Below, piece by piece: positions 37,623 through 46,483 of a DNA stretch of 64,000 nucleotides. Each line of letters begins with the position of its first letter. Positions within the stretch are counted from its first letter, which is position 1. Under the pieces are notes generated by a model. It searched no databases and was not told where the DNA came from. It saw only the letters and a list, made by a program, of their open reading frames with translations. The position numbers were made by a program, and so were the translations under genes. Where the stretch lies: NCBI GenBank assembly GCA_017513085.1, contig JAFWDK010000016.1, positions 32,001 to 96,000 on the forward strand, in the 5' to 3' direction. This stretch comes from Clostridiales bacterium. Lineage in GTDB: Bacteria; Bacillota; Clostridia; Saccharofermentanales; Saccharofermentanaceae.

Positions 37623-39752
37623 CTATCCTTCTACCTGATAAATGATGATATTCTCTTCCGGGAATGCCTCGACCTGCGTCAGGTTCTCTGCGAAGAACGC
37701 AGGGTCGTACTCAAATGTGTACGGTTCGGGCAGTTGTGATTCCAGGTAGTCCGGGCTCGCGATCACATAGTCGATGCCTTCTTTCTTGCAAAGCGCCGTA
37801 AAGGCTTCGGCATCGCCACCGCATCCGGACACCAGCTCGCAGTATGACTTCACGCGTTTGAACACATCGTGACCGGCAGACCATGCGTAGTAAGTGTAGC
37901 CATAGTATACTCCACGTCCGGAAAGAAAGAACGATGCAAAGTCCCAGTCCGGTGTGAGGAAAACATCATCCGGCCGGGTATTCCGGCAGATCCAATCCAC
38001 CACTCTCGAGTTATGTTTTATATCTTTATGGCCGGTGTTCATATTGGCATAGACTGCCCACTCAAAAACAGCCGAAAGCGTAAGCGGAACAAGAAGAACT
38101 GCCGAAAGGATCTTTCCGATATCCTGTTTCTTTTCTTTCTCCTGTTTCTTTCCTTTTGGATCCCATGCACGAAGGCGTAGCAAAAAGCATGCCACAAATA
38201 CGTCCATCAGGATGATGGTCGTCTGCACGAATTTATGGTTGGTCAACAATTCCGAAGTCGGCTGGAACACAAAAGCAAAGATCAACGGCATGAGCGATGC
38301 GCCCCACAAAGCCAGGAAGAAACCACGATCCTTCTTTTCTTTCCGGCAGACCCAGATGATATACACCAGCGCCAGGATCAGCGTTAATCCGGTGATCGCC
38401 ACGAGATAGGAGATCACCGCCCAAGGCATACTGCTTGCGCTGTAAAAACCAAGGTGGATCCGCAGTTTGAAGACCTTCTCGACCGCTCCGGAGAAAAGTC
38501 TGGTCTGAAGGACCGACGAAAGCACTCCGACGATTGCCAGTATTGCATAGATCAGCCGGTAGTTGCTGAATACCGCCATAAGCGCCAGGATCAGAAGCGC
38601 GGATATCATTTCCGAGCCATGAAAGTACGGAAGCGGCACAACGATCAGGAGTGCCAGCGCCAGTGTCCGCCATGGACCGTTCGTTCCGGTACGTACAGGA
38701 AGCCAGGACTCTTTTCCGATGAGAAACGTCCGGAGTTTCTTGCCACGCATCTCAGGCGACGCAAGCATCGCACACATTTTCCGCACATACGGTGTAAAAA
38801 GCATGACCAGTAATACCACGCAAGCCAGCCCGAACATGAGGTGGCGCTGATTTCCATAGATATTGATCGTCCATACTCCCCAGTCCTCGTAAGGCGTCTT
38901 GCCGTAATAGGTCTTGCTCGCCAGCATCTCGGCCAGCGCCCGTGTCAACGAATGGCTCGAGGCGAAATACTCCGCATACTGCATAATGAAGTTAAAAGAC
39001 GACCGGAAAAGCACCAAAACCGGAGCCAGTACAAACGCCGTGCGCTTCTTTGCCAGAAGTGCAGCCAGACTTCCGGTAAGCATCAAGGTGCTGACCATAG
39101 AAAGAATACTGGGAATATTGATCGCCAGATCGATCGGCATGCCGAGATATTCCAGCGTGCCGCAGAAATAGTAGAAGAAAAAATGGTACTGGATACCGTC
39201 GGCTGCAAAATGCGGATACTGTGTTGGAAAATTGAATCCGCGTGCAAAAGACGACGTCAGTGCCGTGTACGGTGCCAGGTCGGACATGGCCGCATACCCG
39301 GCCTGAAGAGAGTTTCCGGAAAGGCGGTAAGAATCGATCATGAGAAACGAGGCTAGAAGCAAAAACACGCCGATAGAAATTCCGTAGAAGCGGTTATTGG
39401 AAACATTGCTCTGATACTTTTCAATCGGAAGCCCGCGCTTTTTGATCCGGATGACATTCACAACCATCCATAGCACAAATACCAGGACCGTGATCTCCAT
39501 GCCCAGTGCACGGATACCGTCAGAATGTCCGGTACATCTGGCCAGTATATATGTCAGGTAGTAAGAAAACATCGACGTGGAAAGCGTTCCGACCAGAAAA
39601 CCCGCCGGGATCGTGAATACAAGTTCCGGGAAAAACTCCGGATTGGAAGATGCCGCGATCTCGCTGAAAAAACGACGGATATCCGGGATCATCACATGGA
39701 TCAGGGATATGCCAAAACCGGTACATACTATCAGATACAGGACAGCAACCAC
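37623..39752 (-). CDS. Polytopic membrane protein, GT-C glycosyltransferase-like
   Basis: Many TM; SD..Y..L..SF..G.NFP..YPHF.....YHF loop; C-terminal WI..NT..DDVFLT soluble domain. Confidence 0.55.
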   Translation of the reverse strand: MVAVLYLIVCTGFGISLIHVMIPDIRRFFSEIAASSNPEFFPELVFTIPAGFLVGTLSTSMFSYYLTYILARCTGHSDGIRALGMEITVLVFVLWMVVNVIRIKKRGLPIEKYQSNVSNNRFYGISIGVFLLLASFLMIDSYRLSGNSLQAGYAAMSDLAPYTALTSSFARGFNFPTQYPHFAADGIQYHFFFYYFCGTLEYLGMPIDLAINIPSILSMVSTLMLTGSLAALLAKKRTAFVLAPVLVLFRSSFNFIMQYAEYFASSHSLTRALAEMLASKTYYGKTPYEDWGVWTINIYGNQRHLMFGLACVVLLVMLFTPYVRKMCAMLASPEMRGKKLRTFLIGKESWLPVRTGTNGPWRTLALALLIVVPLPYFHGSEMISALLILALMAVFSNYRLIYAILAIVGVLSSVLQTRLFSGAVEKVFKLRIHLGFYSASSMPWAVISYLVAITGLTLILALVYIIWVCRKEKKDRGFFLALWGASLMPLIFAFVFQPTSELLTNHKFVQTTIILMDVFVACFLLRLRAWDPKGKKQEKEKKQDIGKILSAVLLVPLTLSAVFEWAVYANMNTGHKDIKHNSRVVDWICRNTRPDDVFLTPDWDFASFFLSGRGVYYGYTYYAWSAGHDVFKRVKSYCELVSGCGGDAEAFTALCKKEGIDYVIASPDYLESQLPEPYTFEYDPAFFAENLTQVEAFPEENIIIYQVEG

Positions 39753-39861
39753 GTTTCTTCTCCACCCTTTCCCACAAATTTCATGTACTATTTAAGCACA
39801 TATATAGAAATAATGCATTAAGTTGAAATTCAAACTCAGTATGGCTATAATACTTCTACAC

Positions 39862-39936
39862 GCTTCGATCGTTCAACGGATAGGACTGCAGTTTCCGGTA
39901 CTGCCAATGCGGGTTCGATTCCTGCTCGGAGCGCCA
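39862..39936 (+). tRNA. tRNA-Arg(CCG)
   Basis: Acceptor GCTTCGA/TCGGAGC, anticodon arm GCAGT-TTCCGGT-ACTGC, T loop GGTTCGATTCC, encoded CCA; upstream TATAAT. Confidence 0.95.
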
Positions 39937-39942
39937 TCATTC

Positions 39943-40015
39943 ACACCCCTTTGCTCTTGGCTTCAGACAGTCCTCGGCGCGAGGCGCCAGCGGAACTTGC
40001 AGAGCAAAGGGGTGT
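39943..40015. repeat. 15-bp perfect inverted repeat with 43-nt structured loop, probable tRNA terminator
   Basis: ACACCCCTTTGCTCT ... AGAGCAAAGGGGTGT. Confidence 0.65.
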
Positions 40016-40191
40016 TCATTTTGCTGGCGGTCCTCCTCTACGTCTTCTTAAGTCTTTCATGTCTGCGTCCTCGGCTTGGGCGGTGTTTCTATTTGAACGT
40101 GTAGTATAAATAGTTGCATGCCGTGTTACATGATTGATATAATCAGCGCACTTTCAACTTAAAATGTGCAACAAGGAAGGAAGTGACAGAC

Positions 40192-40692
40192 ATGGAATTT
40201 GATTGTTATCTGACGAAGGAGAATTACTATTTCCGCTACCGCACCGGCGCGATCATTCTGCGCGGAAAGAAGATGCTTTTTGTGAAGAATTTTCTGGAAG
40301 GCTACTACTACATGATCGGCGGCGCAGTACATCTTGGCGAAACATCGAGAGATTGCATCGAGCGCGAGGTTTTCGAAGAGACCGGCGTGAAGTGCAAGGC
40401 GATCCGTCCCGGCATCATCTGTGAGAATTTTTTCTCGGGCGACCGTCTCGATGACCGGATCAAAGACAAGTTCTGCCACATCCTGGAATTCTACTACCTG
40501 ATGGAAGCACCGGAAGGAAGTGCTTTTGCTGAAGAAACCGACACCAACGAAGAGCTGGTGTGGATCGACCTGGACGAAATCGACAACTATGACGTCCGGC
40601 CGGTCATGCTGAAAACCAAATTGAAGGAAGCCATCGAAGGCGGCCATGTGCTGCACGTCATCAACGACGACTTCCACCACGTGATCTTGTGA
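40192..40692 (+). CDS. NUDIX hydrolase
   Basis: GGAVHLGETSRDCIEREVFEETGV Nudix box. Confidence 0.9.
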   Translation: MEFDCYLTKENYYFRYRTGAIILRGKKMLFVKNFLEGYYYMIGGAVHLGETSRDCIEREVFEETGVKCKAIRPGIICENFFSGDRLDDRIKDKFCHILEFYYLMEAPEGSAFAEETDTNEELVWIDLDEIDNYDVRPVMLKTKLKEAIEGGHVLHVINDDFHHVIL

Positions 40693-40731
40693 ACCACTCC
40701 TTGGTCTTTTCTGCAGAAAATATCACCTGTG

Positions 40732-42000
40732 TCAGACATCCTGCTCCACTGTGCGCTTCGGTGCGGTGGAGTTTTCTGTCTCCAGTCCGCGGATGCTCTT
40801 GATCAGATACACACCGGCGGAGATCGCGATGAGGCAGATTCCGGAGATCACGACGACCATGGCGGAGCCGCGTCCGACGCCGCGTCCGGTCAGGTTTCCG
40901 AGGATGTCTGCGGAGACGCCGGAAGTCGCGTAGGCAATGACATAGCCGATCTGGGAGATGAAGCCGATCAGGCCCCAGACTCTTCCCTGCACTTCGTCCG
41001 GAATGTTGGTCCTGACCAGGTAGTCCAGGCTGTTATTGGAGAACGCGATCGCCGCGAAGAATAAGAATCCAAAAGCACTGATGAGATAGATGTTTTCGAA
41101 AAGTCCGTAGCCGATGATGAAAAGCCCGGCGAGCATAAGCGATACACTCAGTACTTTTACGAAACCTTTCTTAATGCCGCGGATACCGAGGACGATTCCG
41201 GATACGAGCATGCCGCTGGCGCAGATCGTCTCGGCGATGCCGAGTGTTTTTGCATCGGTGAAAGACAGCACGATGGCTTCCGCGAGGATCTGGAACATAC
41301 CGATGAAGAGTGTGATCACCGAGGATATGATCACGAGTGCAAAGACGCCTCTCTTCGCACGAAGGATCGTCCAACCTTCTTTCATGCTTGCCAGGAACGG
41401 TTTGTCGTCTTCCTTCACTTTCTTTGCGATGCTCTTGCGGATCACGGCCACGCCCGACACTGTCAGGGCGAAAGTGCAGATATCGATCACAAGAAGCAGT
41501 TTGACATCACTAAAGCTCAGCAGAAATCCAGCGATGATCGGGGAAAAGAGGTAGCGTGCACTGCCCGCCAGAGATACCAGGCCGCTTGCTTTGGAGAATT
41601 CTTCTTTGGTAAGCAGGTCAGTGATCGTCGCGCGGAAGGCGGGCTCGAGCAATGCCGAGAAGCAGCCGCTGATGAACACGCCTATACAGATCTGCCAGAG
41701 TTGTGCCTCACCGGTCAGCATGCAGATCAGGATAAAAAGGATACCCATCGCGGACAGTCCGTCTCCGATCATCATGAGGATACGACGGTCATATTTATCG
41801 GCAAGCACTCCGGCAGGAACACTCAGGAGCAATGTCGGAAGGAAACCAAGGAGTGTGACCAGCGCCATATTTCCTGCGCTTCCGGTCTTCTGGAAAATAT
41901 ATACACCCAGTCCGAAGCTGGTCAGTCCGCTTCCGATCGAAGAGATCATCGCACCTATCCAAAGGAGCATAAACTTCTTAAAATTCGATCCGTTCTTCAT
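40732..42000 (-). CDS. MFS efflux transporter (DHA3/Mef-like)
   Basis: 12 TM, GVLADKYDRR motif A, P.EVQGRVWG. Confidence 0.9.
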   Translation of the reverse strand: MKNGSNFKKFMLLWIGAMISSIGSGLTSFGLGVYIFQKTGSAGNMALVTLLGFLPTLLLSVPAGVLADKYDRRILMMIGDGLSAMGILFILICMLTGEAQLWQICIGVFISGCFSALLEPAFRATITDLLTKEEFSKASGLVSLAGSARYLFSPIIAGFLLSFSDVKLLLVIDICTFALTVSGVAVIRKSIAKKVKEDDKPFLASMKEGWTILRAKRGVFALVIISSVITLFIGMFQILAEAIVLSFTDAKTLGIAETICASGMLVSGIVLGIRGIKKGFVKVLSVSLMLAGLFIIGYGLFENIYLISAFGFLFFAAIAFSNNSLDYLVRTNIPDEVQGRVWGLIGFISQIGYVIAYATSGVSADILGNLTGRGVGRGSAMVVVISGICLIAISAGVYLIKSIRGLETENSTAPKRTVEQDV

Positions 42001-42056
42001 TTTACCTGCCTCCGTTTTTACATCGCGCTTCTTCTGCGTTCCGTCTTACTGTCTAC

Positions 42057-42090
42057 ACTATAACAGGCAAATCATTAAACGTTCATTAAA
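42057..42090 (-). promoter_or_regulatory. MFS promoter: -10 TATAGT with two TTTAATGA direct repeats
   Basis: + strand TCATTAAA at 42072 and 42083 (11-bp period). Confidence 0.55.
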
Positions 42091-42092
42091 TG

Positions 42093-42122
42093 AAAAAGAC
42101 CCCAGGGGAGCAGGGTCTTTTT
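42093..42122 (-). terminator. Intrinsic terminator after serpin gene
   Basis: AAAAAGACCC/GGGTCTTTTT. Confidence 0.7.
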
Positions 42123-42189
42123 CTGTTAATGAGGGACACATGAGTTGATGTCTCATGAAGTGAAGTTGTTCGTTTCTTTTTTTCGAAAG

Positions 42190-43494
42190 TTATACGTTCT
42201 CGACAGTTCCCAAGAATACAGGAAGTCCGGTTTCTTTATCCACGACCGCATAGGCGAAAGGACGGTCACAGATCACTTTTTTGACATTATCAGGCTCTTC
42301 CCTCACACACTCATCTGTCATCACCACAGCCGTGGCAGCTGCTGCAGATGTGCCATTCCGGTTCACATCAATGAAAGTCTTGTGGATCACTTTCGAGATA
42401 CACGGATTGGAAGTTGCCATATTGCTAAAATCCGCCTTTCTCTCATCAAAAGCATCCTCCATGCCCATGTCATACAAGATCCTTGCCAGTTGCACATCAT
42501 ACTCGCTCTTAAATTCCGGCATACTTGTGGTAACTTCGAATTCCTCACTTCTGCTCTCCCAGAAAGTCCAGTACTCTTCTGGTGTCATGTTGGCGATGAA
42601 TTCATTGATGTCCATGGCCGTATCATTCGGAAGGATCGTCAGGAAAGCATACTTTCCGTCGTCGTAGTCCTTGAGGAAGCCGGTTGCTTTTTCATTCTGA
42701 AGATAGACCGACTCCTTACCGTGGATAAACATGACTTCTCTCTTCTGACCATCTCCACCTGTGAAGACCTGTGTCCAGACATCATCATCCGAATATCCGT
42801 TCTTCCACTTTCCGTCAAAAGACACCGCATTGACAAGAACCATAAGGTCATCGGGAGTTAATTCGTCCAGAAGATCCGTGATACGGCCATTGGTCTTTTC
42901 TGCCACCCATTTGTTAATAGCACTAACACCCTCGGGGCCAAATGCAACAGCCTTGGAGCCGGCATCAAAGTTCTTCTCTATATACTCCAGATAATCCTGG
43001 TACACACGAGCTGTCTTACTCTCGTTGATCCAAACAGAATTGGCGATCTTCAGAGAATCATTCTTTAATCTGTTCATTCTTTCGACCGCAAATCGCAACG
43101 CCTCATAATTATCCGCGCCCGGAACCATCGTCTGCGTCATCTGTGCAAGCGTCTCACCATCTGCTCCACATGCCGCCATTTCCAATGCAAACAAGATCGA
43201 GTCTGCCGAGATCATCATATTCTTATTTTTGGCCAGACCGGCACAATTCTTCATGACGCCAAATACAAACTGTGAATAAGCCTTTTTGAGTTCCTCGTCA
43301 CTCATTGCCTTTTTCCCGGATTGCAGATTTTTCAGCTCAAAAAGCGCCTGCTTGCCGTTCTCTCTTTTTACCGCACCGGCCATGGCCGATACAGCAGGCT
43401 CCTGTGAAGCAGGGGTTTCCACATTCTTTTTGCATCCTGTCGGCAAAGCCATCAGCATTCCCGCAATCAATAATCCTGCTACTATTTTTTTCAT
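42190..43494 (-). CDS. Serpin-family lipoprotein
   Basis: Lipobox-like PTGC, IANSVW, INKWV...TNG.I, LVNAVSFDGKW, hinge GTSAAAAT, DRPF...LFLG. Confidence 0.93.
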   Translation of the reverse strand: MKKIVAGLLIAGMLMALPTGCKKNVETPASQEPAVSAMAGAVKRENGKQALFELKNLQSGKKAMSDEELKKAYSQFVFGVMKNCAGLAKNKNMMISADSILFALEMAACGADGETLAQMTQTMVPGADNYEALRFAVERMNRLKNDSLKIANSVWINESKTARVYQDYLEYIEKNFDAGSKAVAFGPEGVSAINKWVAEKTNGRITDLLDELTPDDLMVLVNAVSFDGKWKNGYSDDDVWTQVFTGGDGQKREVMFIHGKESVYLQNEKATGFLKDYDDGKYAFLTILPNDTAMDINEFIANMTPEEYWTFWESRSEEFEVTTSMPEFKSEYDVQLARILYDMGMEDAFDERKADFSNMATSNPCISKVIHKTFIDVNRNGTSAAAATAVVMTDECVREEPDNVKKVICDRPFAYAVVDKETGLPVFLGTVENV

Positions 43495-43568
43495 CGTAAA
43501 GATCCTCGCTTTCCTAACTCAAGCTTTCATTTTTTCTATCGGCAAATTCTCCTCAAAAGCCGTTCTGA

Positions 43569-43601
43569 ATATTAGACGAGACAGATTTCCGTTCTGTTGC
43601 A
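43569..43601 (-). promoter_or_regulatory. ECF sigma-type promoter TGCAAC-N17-CGTCTAATAT
   Basis: Matches 31432-31464 in both boxes and spacer length. Confidence 0.7.
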
Positions 43602-43676
43602 AAATCGGAAAAAAGTTTCTTCCCCCTCCTTCTCTATGGTAGAATCAATGCATATCTTATTAAGGTGTACATATAT

Positions 43677-44378
43677 ATGAAGACAAGATACGATTGTTTG
43701 ATCATTGACGATGAGCAGGTGCTCGCAGACAACACATGCGAGTACTTTAATATGTTTGAAGTAAAGACGAAGGCAGTCTACAGCAAGGCGGAAGCCCTTG
43801 CATTTTTAGAAGAAAATGATGTTTCCCTGATCCTTCTGGATATCAACCTTGGTGACGGCAGCGGCTTCGAGCTCTGCAAGCACCTCCGTCAGACCGTGAA
43901 TATTCCGATCCTTTTCGTTTCCGCAAGAAATACAGATGACGACAAGATCATCGCACTCAATATCGGTGGCGACGATTATATTGAGAAACCATATTCCCTC
44001 GGCGTCATGCTGGCCAAGGTAAAAGTCATGCTCCGTCGTTTCTCTCCGGCTGAAGAAAAGAGCGTTCCTTCTGTTTTCGAAGATGGTTCCCTGAAGATCG
44101 ATATGCAGAACAAGATCGTGTCCGTGGGCGGCGAGACGAAGCGTCTCACGAGTATGGAGTACTCGCTTCTTTGTTATCTTGTGGAGAACAAAAACCGTCT
44201 CATCACGAAGGCAGAGCTTTTCGATAATGTATGGAAAGATAAGTTCACTTCCGATGGCACACTGAATGTGCATATCCGGAAATTAAGAGAAGCCATCGAG
44301 GAGGACCCGAAGAATCCGGTCCGCATCCAGACAGTATGGAAAGAGGGATATAAATACGTCACAGGGGGCGGCAAATGA
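43677..44378 (+). CDS. OmpR-family response regulator
   Basis: IIDDE, LLDINL, GGDDYIEKP, VHIRKLR..IE. Confidence 0.93.
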   Translation: MKTRYDCLIIDDEQVLADNTCEYFNMFEVKTKAVYSKAEALAFLEENDVSLILLDINLGDGSGFELCKHLRQTVNIPILFVSARNTDDDKIIALNIGGDDYIEKPYSLGVMLAKVKVMLRRFSPAEEKSVPSVFEDGSLKIDMQNKIVSVGGETKRLTSMEYSLLCYLVENKNRLITKAELFDNVWKDKFTSDGTLNVHIRKLREAIEEDPKNPVRIQTVWKEGYKYVTGGGK

Positions 44379-45625
44379 GAAAAAATCTCTTCATCTTTCT
44401 CATCATTCTCACCTTCCTGATCGAGGGTGCGGCCAGCCTGTTTTTTCTTCTGAAGACGCGGAACACCGAGCAGGACACCGTCCTGATCAACGATTGTGTT
44501 AAGACTCTGGAAGAAAACTTCGGGCATGAAGAGAACTACTCGGACAAACTGACATATTCCGTCATCGATCTTGACGGAAAACTTCTCTATTCAAACCGGG
44601 AAGGCGTCTCCACCACGGTCAACGAAGCCATCAAGAACAATGACACGATCCTGGACTTCTATCAGAACGGCGAGGTCGCCGGGAAAGTGCTTTTCCGGAA
44701 TGAAACGCAGAAACAGATCCGGAACTGGCAGCGCTCGATCGCCGTCACGGTGCTTGTATGTACGCTGGTGCAGGCGTTGCTGCTGATTTCCTATGCGCTG
44801 TATCTTCGAAAGACCATTATCCGACCGTTTGAAGATCTGTCGCATTTTGCCGAACGGGTCGCCGGCGGGGATCTTGAAGTGCCGCTCGACATGGATAAAG
44901 GACACACTTTCGGAAGTTTCACCGAAGCTTTTGACCTGATGCGTACGGAACTTCGGAAATCCCGCGCTGCGGAAAAAGCAGCCTACGATGCCAAGAAAGA
45001 AATGGTCGCGCAGCTGTCCCACGACATCAAGACACCGGTCGCTTCCATCAAGTCCGCCTCCGAATTCGGCTACGAACTGGCCAAGGAAGAGAAGGTCAAG
45101 GAGCGCTTCAACCTCATCAATTTCAAAGCTGATGAGTTGACAGTCCTGGTGGATAATCTCTTTGTCGAGAGCGTCAAGGATGCATCCGAGATCAAGGTCA
45201 GCCCGAGAGAAAACGATTCGGAAACTGTGCGGGAAGCGATCCTTCATGCGGATTATCTGAATCGTGCCGGCGATTTTACGATTCCGGAATGCAAAGTCTT
45301 TACCGATAAACTCCGCCTGCAGCAGGCATTCGATAATGTATTTATCAATTCCTACAAGTACGCAGACACGAAGATCGAAGTCAGCGCAAAACTGGAAGAC
45401 GGGTATCTCAAGGTAACCGTGCGGGATTTCGGTCCGGGCGTTACCGACGAAGAAGTCGCCGTCCTGAAAGAAAAGTATAAGCGCGGCGCCAACAGCGAAG
45501 GCAAAGAAGGAGCCGGCATCGGTCTGTACCTCACTTCCTATTTCCTGAAAGAAATGGATGGCGAGATCTATGTCACGAATGAGGACCCCGGGCTTGCCGT
45601 TCTCTTTCTGATCCGCACGGTTTGA
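44375..45625 (+). CDS. HAMP-domain sensor histidine kinase
   Basis: 2 TM, SHDIKTP, NSYKY, DFGPG, GAGIGL. Confidence 0.93.
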   Translation: MRKNLFIFLIILTFLIEGAASLFFLLKTRNTEQDTVLINDCVKTLEENFGHEENYSDKLTYSVIDLDGKLLYSNREGVSTTVNEAIKNNDTILDFYQNGEVAGKVLFRNETQKQIRNWQRSIAVTVLVCTLVQALLLISYALYLRKTIIRPFEDLSHFAERVAGGDLEVPLDMDKGHTFGSFTEAFDLMRTELRKSRAAEKAAYDAKKEMVAQLSHDIKTPVASIKSASEFGYELAKEEKVKERFNLINFKADELTVLVDNLFVESVKDASEIKVSPRENDSETVREAILHADYLNRAGDFTIPECKVFTDKLRLQQAFDNVFINSYKYADTKIEVSAKLEDGYLKVTVRDFGPGVTDEEVAVLKEKYKRGANSEGKEGAGIGLYLTSYFLKEMDGEIYVTNEDPGLAVLFLIRTV

Positions 45626-45649
45626 GATACGGACAGTGCTTTTTCGGAA

Positions 45650-45703
45650 TTAAGAAAGATTTAAGGGTTCCTTAAAGGCACTTAAGACTTGAAAAAGTAT
45701 CAT
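45650..45703 (+). promoter_or_regulatory. Four TTAA(G/A) direct repeats and -10 TATCAT upstream of ABC exporter
   Basis: TTAAG 45650, TTAAG 45661, TTAAA 45672, TTAAG 45682. Confidence 0.65.
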
Positions 45704-45727
45704 AGTGCCATAAGGAGGCGGAAAGCT

Positions 45728-46483
45728 ATGAACGAAATAATCAAAACACAGAAACTTTGCAAGACTTTTTCCAACGGTGGAGTACAGCAGCATGTGCTCC
45801 GTAATATCGATCTTTCTATCTACGAAGGTGATTTCACCGTCATCATGGGCGCCAGCGGCGCAGGTAAGTCCACACTGCTTTATGCACTGTCCGGCATGGA
45901 TAAGCCCTCTCTCGGCGATGTAAACTTCGCCGGCAAGAATATCACGAAAGGCACACCGGATGAGCTGGCGCTTTTCAGAAGAAAGAACTGCGGATTTGTT
46001 TTCCAGCAGACTTACCTGGTCGATTCCATGAGTGTTCTGGATAATGTCCTGGCTGCCGCTCTTCTGGTAGAAAAGAGCAAGAAGAAAGCTGCGGCCAAGG
46101 CCAAGGAAGTCCTGCGGTCCGTAGACATTGAGGAGACACTCTGGAATAAGTTCCCGACACAGATCAGCGGCGGTGAAGCACAGAGAGTCGGCATCGCCAG
46201 AGCCCTCATCAACGACCCGAAGCTGGTCTTCGCCGATGAGCCGACAGGTGCGCTCAACTCCACAACAGGTAAGGATGTCCTCGATGTTCTTACGAAAGCA
46301 AACGAAAACGGCCAGTCCATCGTTATGGTCACTCACGATATCACTTCCGCACGCCGCGGCAACCGCATCCTCTATGTCAAGGACGGCGAGATCGCAGGCG
46401 AGTGCCAGCTCGGAAAATACGTTTCCGGCGACAAGGAAAGACATCTGAAACTTCGTGATTTCTTAGGCGGAATGGGGTGGTGA
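45728..46483 (+). CDS. ABC transporter ATP-binding protein (LolD/MacB-like)
   Basis: GASGAGKS, ISGGEAQR, FADEPTGAL, VTHD. Confidence 0.93.
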   Translation: MNEIIKTQKLCKTFSNGGVQQHVLRNIDLSIYEGDFTVIMGASGAGKSTLLYALSGMDKPSLGDVNFAGKNITKGTPDELALFRRKNCGFVFQQTYLVDSMSVLDNVLAAALLVEKSKKKAAAKAKEVLRSVDIEETLWNKFPTQISGGEAQRVGIARALINDPKLVFADEPTGALNSTTGKDVLDVLTKANENGQSIVMVTHDITSARRGNRILYVKDGEIAGECQLGKYVSGDKERHLKLRDFLGGMGW

